Positions 1 through 11,967 of a stretch of DNA of 64,000 bases are shown piece after piece. The position numbers and the translations under genes were made by a program. The stretch spans positions 174,468,001 through 174,532,000 of the forward strand of contig OX597814.1 in the NCBI GenBank assembly GCA_951406725.2, written 5' to 3'. The notes beneath the pieces were generated by a model. It had not been told where the DNA came from. It saw only the letters and a program-made list of their open reading frames with translations, and searched no databases. This stretch comes from Octopus vulgaris (lineage: Eukaryota). Numbering within the stretch: the first letter of the stretch is position 1; every line of letters begins with the position of its first letter.

Positions 1-590
1 TAAATTTTGAAGTTATGTATTTGAAACTCTCACCATTCGTATCTAAAGCGTTTACATATTGTTTAATGAAGCCTAGTTTGATATGCAGAGGTGGATATCT
101 CTGGTCACTAAAAGCGGATTAATTAGGTTTTTTTCTCCGACAGTAAGTGATGTTTGTGCTGGTCAGATTTGTTTGAAATAATGTTCTTTTTTGGCTCTGC
201 TGTCCCATAAGCAAAGGAAACGGGGATATTTAGTATACATTGCTTGTAGTTCTAGCAGAAAATTAACCATTTTAAAGTTAACACATATGATCTACTCGTA
301 CTCCCCATATTTGATAAGATTTAAAAGCTTTTCTATATGTTCATACTTTTTAAAAAGTTTTGCTAAGTGCCCAATCGGTATCGAACCGTATAAACTGCTA
401 TAATGCAAAAACACACACTTAAGACTTCTTTTCGAACTGTATAAAAACAAGCGCTAATCATTTGCATCGTAAGACTCAACCCCTATCTCTTGTAACAAAC
501 CAGGTATGCCGCAGTAACAAACTACAATTTATCGAAATATTTATGAAATTTTTATCGAAATAAAAAGTATTGTTGACTCTTCTTTAGTCA
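1..590 (-). mobile_element. Chapaev3-like (CMC) transposase fragment, pseudogenised, cut by window edge
   Basis: Manual minus-strand translation gives RLFLYSSKRSLKCVFLH..SIPIGH, IICVNFKMVNFLL..YTKYPRFLCLWDSRA, PPLHIKLGFIKQYVNALD with stops/frameshift; family name from recalled motifs. Confidence 0.75.
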
Positions 591-646
591 GTGATGGTCA
601 TCCTGAAGGAAACAGTCATCACTTACATAATACATACATTCAATAT

Positions 647-849
647 GTGACCGCGTGTGTATCGTTGGTGATTTTTCCCTCCGTCTTCCCTTCCTTGGAT
701 CTTTTCTTTTCCTATGTTTCTGACGAAGAGCTCCGCTCGAAACGTTAAATCCTTCTTCCTTTCCTTTCCTGAGCGTCCAATAACACTATACATGTTCCAC
801 GTCCTCGCGTTGTTGTGTTTTCTCTTTGTGTTTTCATGTTTGGATTAAC

Positions 850-850
<1 letters not shown>
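647..850 (+). mobile_element. ~200-bp Penelope-like non-autonomous element with minimal hammerhead motif, copy 1
   Basis: Homologous to 51615-51804 and 60256-60459; GTTT-CTGACGA-A-GAGC-TCC-GCTC-GAAACGTT-AAAT at 716-750. Confidence 0.65.
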
Positions 851-903
<53 letters not shown>

Positions 904-906
<3 letters not shown>

Positions 907-1097
907 CTTCAAATCCAATATATTAGTGGCACAGTGAAAACTTGTAAAACATTGCAAAGATTCTCCATCTGAGAATCTTTAGTTGAATAGATGCACGCAC
1001 TTGAGTGTGTGCATCTCTTGAACTCTCTTATAAGAACTTAAGTAAAACTCAAGAAAAATCACACACACATATGCACGCACACCCACTCACGCGCGCG

Positions 1098-1100
<3 letters not shown>
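904..1100 (+). mobile_element. 5'-truncated R4/Dong-like LINE 3' end, subfamily A (second copy 1621-1815)
   Basis: YLQIQYISGTVKTCKTLQRFSI* aligns with RLQIQAITGTVKIRKTLQKFK at the end of the long element. Confidence 0.75.
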
Positions 1101-1131
<31 letters not shown>

Positions 1132-1194
1132 TACATACATACATACATACATACATACATACATACATACATACATACATACATACATACATAC

Positions 1195-1410
1195 CAACCC
1201 GTCTGGAGCCAAATATAGTTGAACTTGGGCTTTTGGGAGAGAGAAAGCAAGCCCTTACACGATAAATGATTACGATATCTAGGACTATAAAAATCTACAA
1301 GACCTTAAGATTTAAAGAATGATGAACAAAGCAAGATCCTTTCCCTGGCAACGTTGCTACCATGTGGCCGGTCTAAAATTAACTCTAAATTAAAACGAGA
1401 AAAAGAACAC
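1195..1410 (+). mobile_element. 5'-truncated R4/Dong-like LINE 3' end, subfamily B (second copy 1926-2140)
   Basis: [41 protein letters not shown] weakly aligns with the same C-terminus; different 3' UTR. Confidence 0.6.
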
Positions 1411-1592
1411 ATACATACACACATACATACACACACACATACACACACACACATACATGCACATACACACACACATACATACATACATACATACATACAT
1501 ACATACATTACACACATGCACGCACGCACACACACACACACACACACATACATACATACATACATACATACATACATACATACATACATACA

Positions 1593-1623
<31 letters not shown>

Positions 1624-1814
1624 CTTCAAATCCAATATATTAGTGGCACAGTGAAAACTTGTAAAACATTCCAAAGATTCTCCATCTGAGAATCTTTAGT
1701 TGAATAGATGCACGCACTTGAGTGTGTGCATCTCTTGAACTCTCTTATAAGAACTTAAGTAAAACTCAAGAAAAATCACACACACATATGCACGCACACC
1801 CACTCACGCGCGCG

Positions 1815-1850
<36 letters not shown>

Positions 1851-3088
1851 TACATACATACATACATACATACATACATACATACATACATACATACATA
1901 CATACATACATACATACATACATACCAACCCGTCTGGAGCCAAATATAGTTGAACTTGGGCTTTTGGGAGAGAGAAAGCAAGCCCTTACACGATAAATGA
2001 TTACGATATCTAGGACTACAAAAATCTACAAGACCTTAAGATTTAAAGAATGATGAACAAAGCAAGATCCTTTTCCTGGCAACGTTGCTACCATGTGGCC
2101 GGTCTAAAATTAACTCTAAATTAAAACGAGAAAAAGAACACATACATACACACATACATACACACACACATACACACACACACATACATGCACATACACA
2201 CACACATACATACATACATACATACATACATACATACATACATACATACATACATACATACATTACACACACGCACGCACGCACACACACACACACACAC
2301 ACACGCACACACACACATACATACATACATACATACATACATACATACATACATACATACATACATACATACATACATACATACATACATACATACATAC
2401 ATACATACATACATACATAGAGATAGCTGATTTACAGAAAGCCATCAGCCATGTGATGATGCTTATTGCTTGTAAACAAGCAAATCACTTTACGTCTCAC
2501 CAACACAAAGTGAAGGAGATAGAAGTGATATTTGCAGATAACAACAAGAGAACATACAATTGCAAACTGATCAGCCTCAAGTAGGAACTGAAAGCTGTCA
2601 TTGGGAAACTCCGACACCAGAAGAGGATAACCGAGAGAAAAACAATAAACAAAACGTTTAACCGGAACCAGGCAGCAGTGTGCAGAGACATGAGAGGAGA
2701 AGCCGTTTAACCGGAACCAGGCAGCAGTGTGCAGAGACATGAGAGGAGAAGCAGTGAACATCACAGAAGATCCTTCACGAGAAGACATAGACTGTTTCTG
2801 GAGGATAATCTGGAGCGAAGAGATGGAGTTTAACCAAGATGCTTTGTGGCTGGAAGAAATTCGAAGAAGTTATTGTCCCTGAATTACACTCAAGATATAC
2901 AACATTGATAGTGATACCCTTGTGACTGTAATACATGATGGAAAAGCATCTGCAAGAGACTTGATTGTTGGATACTGGTACAAGTATCTAATAGTCTACC
3001 GACCATATCTTATCAACCTGTATCAGCAAGCTCTTAATGGGAATAGCAACATACCAGACTAGTTAGCTCTGGTAGAAACAAAACTTTT

Positions 3089-3313
3089 AAGGCGGCGAGC
3101 TGGCAGAATCGTTAGCATGCCGGGCGAAATGCTTAGCAGTATTTCGTCTGCCGCTACGTTCTGAGTTCAAATTCCGTCGAGGTCGACTTTGCCTTTCATC
3201 CTTTTGGAGTCGATAAATTAAGTACCAGTTACGCACTGAGGTTGATGTAATCGACTTAATCCCTTTGTTTGTCCCCTCTGTGTTTAGCCCCTTGTGGGCA
3301 ATAAAGAAATAAA
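3089..3313 (+). mobile_element. tRNA-derived SINE family A inserted in the LINE RT
   Basis: GAGCTGGCAGAA head, GAGTTCAAATTCC B-box, GCCTTTCATCCTTT..GTCGATAAA..AGTACCAG body; ACAAAACT repeated at 3078 and 3316. Confidence 0.9.
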
Positions 3314-3399
3314 AGACAAAACTGATCCCCAAAGGCAGAACCAGCCACATGACAAAAAACTACCGGCCAATTGCGTGCCAGAACTTAATGTGTAAAAAA

Positions 3400-4400
3400 C
3401 TAGCAAACGCTCCCCGTCCATTGGACGGTTTGTATAGGCGAAGAGGGTTAACTTGGACGATGTTAAGTTGTGGAGATGTGTGGTGATTGTATGGGGTTGT
3501 TACTTTTGTTTAGGGCATTAAAGATTTCTGAGACGTTAAAACTGTTGACTATTTCTTCTAAATAAGGAAAATTGATTGATATTAAACCTTTTCAAAATTG
3601 TCATGAGGCCAATAAAGTGAAGGAAGCTGTTCATCCCACAATATATACAACTTCTAGTGGAATCGGACATCATAATTAACCTTAAACTTTTTGCACTCAA
3701 ACACTTTCACTTTAGGATAAGCACAATGTACTCTTTAGGATAAGCACAATGTACTCATGTTGACACCGATACGTCAAACTGAACGCTGTTTTATCTCCAA
3801 AGTGAACATTGCAAGTAATATTTAAGCAATAAACAGTTCTTTGGCTTTTGCATTTGACGACTGTTGCTTTACATATTTTATTTCGATTTTCACTGGCGTA
3901 GTGGTAAGAACTATGGGATAAATAACATTAGTTTCGAATAAAAATATGAATGGAAGTTTTAATCACCCGATGGACAGGCAAACAAAAACTGCTACTCAAT
4001 AAAGGTGCAAAAATGCTTAGAGAAGTCTCTCTTCTCTCAGAAACTGACACAAAAAGGGTTGAAACTCGGGGGTAAAATAACACAATGTGCAATAAAATAA
4101 CATAAAGCATGTTCTTTGCAAATCAATTTTAACTCAAAAATTGAACAATACCGCATATTTTTTAAGTTGGATGAGAAACGTTAGTCAAGGTTTTAGACGT
4201 AACCCTACAAAGTTTTCACGTTTTATAAGCAATCAGTTAGTCTTTTCTACTTTGTTGAGAATATCTTCAGAAAATTGAGTTATTTATTTGCTTTATTTTC
4301 ACTTTTTTGGTCACTTAAAGTAACTGCCTTTTCCTTATAGCTTTTCATGTCAGCTGGTTTATTGTACGAAAAACAGCCGTAAGAACACATTTGACCGCGG
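3400..4400 (-). mobile_element. Non-autonomous Helitron nested in the LINE (5' end uncertain)
   Basis: Minus-strand 3' end CCGTCCAATGGACGG hairpin, short spacer, CTAG|T at 3400; LINE frame resumes ~4412. Confidence 0.65.
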
Positions 4401-6025
4401 ATGCTCGTGGTAAGCCTTTGACTCTGTACCTCACTCATGAATTCTAGAAGCCCTTCGACTTGCTAAAGATGCAGTGAGCATAATCAAAGCCATAGCTGAC
4501 ATGACTTTATCGTGGGCCACCATCTTGAAGTTAGATACAAGGACTGATTGTATTACCATTGATAGAATACAGTATCGCAGAGGTATATTCCTAGGAGACA
4601 ACCTGTGTTGTTTATACTTTCTGTACAGCCCTTGTCATACACGCGAAGGAAGTCTGAAGGGTATCTCACTTGTTCACAAGGAAACAGAAATACCAAAATT
4701 ACATACCGTTTCTTTGTGAATGGTTTGGAAACGAAAACAAGTAGGCAGAAGCTTAACATCGATCCAGATTGCCTTTGGATGCCGTATCATATCCATTAGC
4801 AACATCTTTTAACCACCAAGTGTCGAAGTGCATCCCTTGACCAAGTTTGTATACACGAGGCTGATAACATCATGAAACTTGAAAAGCAGCTAACCTTAAA
4901 TACATGCCCAAAGAAGCCACAAAACTCTACCGCAATGTATCAATAGATGAAAAGATGAGCGCATATCAGCAAAAGATCATGCATGGATACGTTAGCAGCA
5001 AGCCCCGGGATTATAGTAACAATGATCATCGAAGCAGTTTATCACGGCCCAACAACCGGATAACTAACTCCTACTTTGAAGGGTGTTATATCCAGGAACA
5101 GGAAATATCAACCAAATACCTGATGCACATAAAAAAATAGAGACGCAGGAAAAGCAGCAAAATGTGATAACCGATGTAGACTTTGTGGAGTTAACACCGA
5201 AGATATCACCCACATCATAAGCAGTTGTCCGAAAATGTCATGGCAGTATTATCTACTGATGAGACATGATGCTGTAGCCAAGACACTGTATACTGAGATC
5301 CATCGAAAGGATAACCCTGAGGCCAAAGAAATAAGAACCCACAATATGGTAGAAACCATAGCTACTCATAATAAAGAGGAGTACTGGAAATGTCCCAGTG
5401 AAAACCTTACTAAAATGTAAACATAATATATCTGACATAATGACTTGGGATAAGGGAAACTGTGTACAGTTGTGGAAATCAGCTGCCCTGCGGATGTTAG
5501 CATAAAGCTTAAAGATCAGTGAAAAAGAACCAAATCAAAATTTCACTTAGGAGTTTACTTCTTGTTCATCGGTGTTCTTTATAGCACATTTAATTCCATT
5601 AACCAATCACAAGGACGTTAGTGAAATGCTACTCTGTCTTGAAGAGCCTTCAAAATAAAGAAAAAAAGTTATAAGTTCGGCGCGAACGTATATGTCAATG
5701 AAAAAGAAAATACCTACGCTGAACAATTGAGAAATCTACAGTTACTCTACTCAGCTTACAAGCTCAGGTTTATACCTGTAATTATTGGGGGCACTGGAAT
5801 ATGTAACACACTGCCAAAGTAACAATCTTGAAAAATTAAGCTTCTCAAAACCAGAAAGGAGAAAAGTGATTCGAAGACTACAGATCCAAGCCATCACTGG
5901 AACTGTAAAAATCCGTAAAACTCTCCAGAAGTTTAAGTATATATGCGCATGCAACTATATGCATGAGAATACACACATAAAGCAAAATATACAAATCTGC
6001 ACATGCACTGACCCCAAATATTGCA

Positions 6026-6034
6026 TACATACAT

Positions 6035-6071
<37 letters not shown>

Positions 6072-6162
6072 CATACATACATACATACATACATACATAC
6101 ATACATACATACATACATACATACATACATACATACATACATACATACATACATACATACAT
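6026..6162. repeat. (CA)n/(TACA)n microsatellite at LINE 3' end
   Basis: Direct observation. Confidence 0.95.
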
Positions 6163-7765
6163 CACTGTTGATGTTAAAATTCCAATGAATGAGCCTTAAA
6201 TCTAGGTTAGAAACCAGATCTGTCGCTATTGACTAAATATCTTGAAATAAAACTGAATAATGACATACATACATATGTAGATGAACGAGAGACTCAGAGT
6301 TCAAACACCGCCGAGATCAACTTTATCTTTTATCCATTTAGGGTCGATAAAATAAATACCAGTGAACACTGTGGGGTCAATGTAATTGACACGCCACTCC
6401 CGAAATTGCTAAAATTTGAAACCTTTATTTTTCGGTACCACAAGGCAATGAACTGGCTGTTTGGTGCCACTTTAACGAGCGGTCGACCTGGCCATATACA
6501 CTTTAGCGTGTAGTCTACCCTAAATTCTGTGTCCTAATCCTAACCCAGATCAGTTCTTTTCACAGAATAGACTACGGATACTGGAATGTACCCGCACACA
6601 AATGTAACATCTATTTTTCTTTTTCATTGGCAAGCATAGAAGATATCGCGCCGAACATACAACTTTTTTTTCTTCATTTTGAAGGCTCTTCAACACACAA
6701 TAGCATTTCACTAACGTCCTTGTGATTGGTTAATGAAATTAAATGAACACCGACTCCTGTTAAGTGAAATCTGTTGACCCGCAGCTATCTTTATCTCCCG
6801 CAGCTACCTTTATCTCCCGCAGCTACTTTTATCTGTGTACGACCTTCATGGCCAATTCGATGAAATAAAGTGAAATCTGTTGATTAGGTTCAAATCATTC
6901 CATTAGTTTACTTTTTTTTCCCCACTCTACAGCGGTAGAGCGGTGGATTTGATGCCTTGTATTTTTTAGTCACGTCCTTCCACTTCAAGTTCCAATCATG
7001 CCGAGATTGACTTAGCTTTTTATTCTTCTGTGATCCATAAATCAAGTACCAGTCCAGCAGAGAACTCATAAAATTGATTATACCTTTTCTTCTAAATGTG
7101 TGATCTAGTGTCCGATATTAGTGGTTTGGGTGTTCGTTTCATGGTCACTAGGTCGTGCTTTCGATTCTCGAACTAGGCAGTGCTCTGTGTCCTTCATTTT
7201 ATGGTGTTTCAGTCCACTCAGTTGAAAATGATTATCAGCGATAGCTGGGGTGGGGTGGGGGCAACTGTGTGACGGTCTGACGTCCCATCTAAAAAGAGTC
7301 TTGTATTTCCAGTCGCTTAAACGGCATAGAAGCCAAAAGATCGACCTTACTGTGTCTGTCGGGTAGAGTCAGACATCAACTATTTTTTAGCCTTTATATT
7401 TAGGAATACCTGGAATGCAGCTGAAGCTACGAAATGTTCTGCTTTTGATTGTCTGTTTACCACATTCATTAAGGTGTAACTTTTTGTATACTTTTTGTGC
7501 TTTTGAGTTTTTCTTCTCATTTCTTCAGCAACGTGAAGCCTTGTTGATATTTGGGGTGACCGCTTGGAGAACTTAGATGCTGTTAGCAAAACCTGTAGTT
7601 TTTTCTCAATGGCGGTGCCCCAGCATGGCCGTAGCTTACGGACTGAAGTAAAAGATAACAAATAAAAGATACACCTAAATTATATATAATTTTGTATTGA
7701 GAAACCATCGTTATAAGAGTAATAGTTTTGAATTAAATATATATATATATATATGTGTGTGTGTA

Positions 7766-8133
7766 TGTGTGGTTGTGTGGTAAGTAGCTTGTTTACCAAC
7801 CACATGGTTCCGGATTCAGTCCCACTGCGTGGCACCTTGGGCAAGTGTCTTCTACTATAGCCTCGGGCCGACCAAAGCCTTGTGAGTGGATTTGGTAGAC
7901 GGAAACTGAAAGCCCGTCGTATATATATGCGTGTGTGTTTGTGTTTGTCCCCCTAGCATTGATTGACAACCAATGCTGGTGTGTTTATGTTCCCGTTACC
8001 TGGCAGTTCGGCAAAAGAGACCGAAAGAAAAAGTACTGTGCATACAAAAGAATAAGTCCCGGGGTCGAGTTGCTCGATTAAAGGCGGTGCTCCAGCATGG
8101 CTGCAGTCAAATGACTGAAACAAGTAAAAGAGT
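7766..8133 (+). mobile_element. Bipartite tRNA/CORE-like SINE family B
   Basis: Head TGTGTGGTAAGTAGCTTG..CCTTGGGCAAGTGTCTT, TA/TG linker, tail ..GACTGAAACAAGTAAAAGAG; about 20 copies in the window. Confidence 0.9.
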
Positions 8134-8373
8134 ATATATATAGGTAAGTGTATAGCCTGGTAGAGTGTGTAGATATAATTTTATGATTAAATAAGTGTTA
8201 TAGCATTTTTGCACGAAACAAAAATTCAGTCACCAGCAATCCATATTTACTAGTGAACTTCACTGATCATTTTAGCTATTTATAGTGTGTGTGCGTGTGT
8301 AATACATACATACGCACGTACGTAAAACTGTCACTATAACTTTAGTAATGTAGGTGTGGTGTGTCAACTTTGT

Positions 8374-8388
8374 GTTACCTGTAGCAAC
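8374..8388 (+). promoter_or_regulatory. RFX X-box
   Basis: GTTACC-TGT-AGCAAC matches GTNRCC(N0-3)RGYAAC, ~240 bp upstream of ATG 8630. Confidence 0.55.
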
Positions 8389-8629
8389 GTCACTCAAGCA
8401 TTACAAAGTTTTCAGTCAACAGGGTTAAAATATATATAGAAAAAGAAAAAAATTACAGTAAGGCAGTAGAAAGAGAGAGAGGAAGATAAATAAACGAATA
8501 AATAAATAAAAGAGGAAACCAGCATTGTTATCAATCAACAGCTACTATTTAATTTAAATACAAATCGCCTGTTCAGCTTAAGTTAGCAACAGTAAAACTA
8601 ATACAGAAGGGAATAAAATACGTGAAAAT

Positions 8630-8666
8630 ATGGCGAAGAAAGACAAAACAGGAAAGACAAAAAAAG
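8630..8666 (+). CDS. Probable first coding exon, Lys-rich N-terminus MAKKDKTGKTKK, phase-1 donor; product unknown
   Basis: aaatATGG start context, AAG|GTATGA donor followed by T-rich intron-like DNA, non-repetitive CpG-retaining surroundings. Confidence 0.6.
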
Positions 8667-10214
8667 GTATGAGCTATTATTATTTTGAAAGAAAAAAAAT
8701 ATTATTTAGTATGACTTTTGTCTTTCAGTCGGCCACAACATACAAAAAACGTTCGATATCCCATATTATTTGTGTACTTGTTTATAGGAAAATAACTCGT
8801 ATTGTTAGTTACGGCAAGCAATCTAACATGAAAGAGTTTTTCTTACTTTTGTTTTTTCATTTACATATTACATATGATAAGCCATTGACACCTTTTCATA
8901 TATATATTAAAACAATTTTTCAGGTGAACTAAAAATAAGAAGTACTTGTATTTTCTATCTAAATTGAAATTTTATTATCTTCACTTTTCTGTCTGTCTGT
9001 TTTAGTGTTCATGATCGAGATTTCTTTTAATTAAATTATGTTGGTTTCTTTTGATTGTACATAAGGATAAAGGCTATATTTTTAAGGTCGGCGGAGTACA
9101 GCCGATTGAATTGATGTGGTACATAATTTTCCGATTCTGATTTATGCAAACAACAGATGAGAAAGCCAGAAACCAAAATAACGTTACCTCTATCGATTGG
9201 AGTCGAACCTAAGATCTGTAATCGGTTGTCTAGTTTACACACATTGTAATAAATGACTACCGTTTGATTCTTGGTTCGGATCCACTACGTGATCGTTCGA
9301 CTTGCTAGCAATAGCAGCCAAAGATCCACTAAAAGCATACCCTATCTAAAAAGGAAGAGAGTACACATTAGCTTAATATAGTTCGAGGGTATACTGTTTG
9401 GAAGAATAAGCACGTTGATGCTCGTGGCTAGAATTCTTTTGGTTATTGGTCGGCTCAGCCAGGATCAACTAATTTCTTTTGAGAAAACAAAACAAACGCA
9501 AATGAAAGGTCAATATCGGATAGTATTTACTCTTCTTTAATATATTTCTCGCTCGTGGATTATATATTTAAGGCAACTGTTACTCTTAGTGTCTTTATAT
9601 TTCGGTAAATTATGAGAGAAACTTGCGCTTTGATGCCTGTTTGTGTTCAATTGAGAGCTTCGTGTCGGTCGGTTATTGCTAGCAGTATGAAAGAAAGAAA
9701 ATTTAGAGACCCGTTTCCAACGAGAAACTGGGTATTATAGTATAAATCACTGTGATACTAGCAGTACAATAACTATTGAATGATTCTCAACTGATAATAC
9801 CAATAACTCCTCATCAAAATATTAGAATGTTCACCCTCTTTATTAGTAAAAAGACAAAAATAGCATTTGGATCCATATAATTCTTCTTTATTTACCGCGG
9901 TGTTGAATAAGTTTAAAGCGGTTTAATTTCATTAAACAAAGCAATTTGCCACCTTTTCAGTCCTTCGCCCGTACGAGAAAACACTGAAGTGTACTTTATC
10001 TTGATTCTGGGTTGGCCACCCTTGTGATTTTTTTTTTGTTTGTTTTGCAGATAAAATAATACTCGTTATATATCTTCACTCATTTTACACAAACGTCATT
10101 GTGGTTTACTGAGACACCCGTAACATGCCTTTATATTGTCGTTTCTCAGCCATTTACTTTTTAACACCCTGTTTTCTGAATCTTCTCATCTTCTGAAAGA
10201 ACCAAAGCGATATA

Positions 10215-11207
10215 ACCCCGTGCCACATTCCTACACATGTCACCCCCAGTACAACTTTGTTGCTTCATAACTTCCTGAAAAATGGATATTTTTTAATGAA
10301 ATTTCCTACAGATATGCTTCAAATGGTGTAGATTCTGATTCTGTTGGAAATTGTTGTGAAAAATAAAGATTTTTTTCCCAGGGTAGGGTGAGGATTTTCG
10401 GATAATTTGACACGGGTCGGCATTGTTTACTCATAATTTTCAGAAAAATGGGCTTTTTTTTTGTTATGAAATTTTCTATACTTTTCTGAGTGTTTAGATA
10501 ACGATTACATAAGATTTTTTTTTTCAATTAGTCAGCTTTATACTGATAAAATCAATATAACAATTAATTTTAAACATATAAATATGTACATCTTTTTTTT
10601 TTTTAATATTGTCATTTTATAAGATTTTGCTGGCAAATTCTTAAATTAACATAAACATTTATTTACATGAAAGAAAATTACCGCAGAACTTTGTTCTAAT
10701 TCTTCCAAACCTTTCTTAATTTTAAAATAACATTGGTGGGCTCGTACACATAACATGCTGCACGTCACACATATCTACAAAATTTTTACTCGGTGGGGTG
10801 AGGGTCCTTTATTTTAATTTTGGAAAATGTACATCTTCAAGAACGAAACTTGAAATTTCGATGAAAAAAAAAAATGTATCGGTATGTATGGGTATGTGCT
10901 CGCTATTTTTCTTTTCACTCCAAATTCCGATATAGTCGTAATTTACACACTCTGAAAGGTATTTGTAGAACAATTTCATTAAAAAGACATTCATTTTTCT
11001 GAAAGTTATGAGGAAACAAAGCCAACTTGTGTGAATTTTCGGAAATCCCTCTTTCAACCCATAGAAAAGTCTTTTCACAATATAATCGGAATCTACACAA
11101 TCTGAAATGTATTTGTTGAAAATGTCATTAAAAAATATCCATTTTTCTGGAAGTTACAAGGAGACAAAATGTGGTTGGGGGGGGGCACATGTAGGATACG
11201 CCCAGTG
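10215..11207. mobile_element. Old non-autonomous DNA element with long degenerate inverted termini
   Basis: 10229-10345 is an inverted match to 11085-11196 (e.g. AAAAATGGATATTTTTTAATGA / TCATTAAAAAATATCCATTTTT); related internal repeat ~10940-11020. Confidence 0.6.
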
Positions 11208-11302
11208 GTTCAAAAGGTCTTACCATAACCGGATGTTGAGATAAATTCAAGCAATTTGAGTTGTCAATGTTTCGTTGTCAAAGTAATTCGCTGTAGTCCC
11301 AC

Positions 11303-11450
11303 CACTAGCGTAGCTAGAGTGTGTGCCGCCCGGGGTGGCCCTTCCATTTGCTGTTCCCGGATCCCACAAAAAACATATATGTTTCTTACAGCAGACCTAA
11401 AAGTGGTGCCTCTTTAAAAGTGCCGCCCCTGCTCACAAGTTATGCTGGTG
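11303..11450. mobile_element. Short hAT-like MITE
   Basis: Termini CACTAGCGTAGCT / AGTTATGCTGGTG; internal GTGCCGCCC motifs; TSD unclear. Confidence 0.45.
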
Positions 11451-11735
11451 AGTTCAGTACCTTAGCAATTCAGACTGAGCGGCGTAAAACTTCGACTTTC
11501 TGCTCTGTAAATTACTAGAAGGGTTATAATTATTTCTGAGACGGGACACGCGGCTGTTGATGTATTAATGTAAAACAGAGTTTGACCGATCACTACAAAA
11601 TAAATCTAGTCGTTGATGATTTGTTCAGTCCGAGATCGATTCCCGACTGTAAGCCTTCGAAAAGTTAAGCAAAGCGCTTCACCGAAATCACAATGCCGGT
11701 TTATAATGTGGATTAAAAGGTAACTATAATCTCGG

Positions 11736-11967
11736 CGGTAACATAAGGCGGCGAGCTGGCAGAAACGTTAGCACGCCGGGCGAAATGCGTAACTGTATTT
11801 CGTCTGCCGTTACGTTCTGAGTTCAAATTCCGCCGAGGTCGACTTTTCCTTTCATCCTTTCGGGGTCGATAAATTAACTACCAGTTACACACTGGGGTCG
11901 ATATAATCGACTTAATCCGTTTGTTTGTCCACTCTGTATTTAGCCCCTTGTGGGTAGTAAAAGAAAT
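11736..11967 (+). mobile_element. SINE family A, young copy
   Basis: 18-bp TSD AGGTAACTATAATCTCGG at 11718 and 11968. Confidence 0.92.

Larger units (their letters stand above)
852..2418 (+). repeat. (TACA)n/(CA)n tract carrying two kinds of LINE 3' ends, tandemly duplicated (period ~717-731 bp)
   Basis: 904-1100 recurs at 1621-1815 and 1195-1410 at 1926-2140, nearly identical, separated by TACA runs. Confidence 0.9.
2419..6025 (+). mobile_element. R4/Dong-clade non-LTR retrotransposon (RT + CCHC + RLE), degenerate, three nested insertions
   Basis: KLIPK..NYRPIACQNLM (~3320-3395), AFDSVPH (~4414), RRGIFLGDNL, CRLCG..EDITHIISSCPKM..RHDAVAK (~5175-5285), VVEISCP, IPVIIGALEYV; flanked by (TACA)n on both sides; internal 49-bp tandem duplication 2655-2752. 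Confidence 0.85.

Noticed and set aside
745-2445. His/Thr/Tyr/Ile- or Met/Tyr/Val/Cys-rich ORFs (also at 29.5 kb, 50.1 kb, 61.6 kb)
   Set aside because: Translations of stop-free microsatellites.
8667-8932. Remainder of the 100-aa ORF after MAKKDKTGKTKK
   Set aside because: Read-through past a splice donor into T-rich intron-like DNA.
9190-9240. tRNA-like GGTTCGACTCC on minus strand
   Set aside because: No cloverleaf; degenerate SINE head.
11391-11452. Apparent exon with good acceptor and GTGAGT donor
   Set aside because: Inside a MITE; stop codon in the phase required by exon 1.
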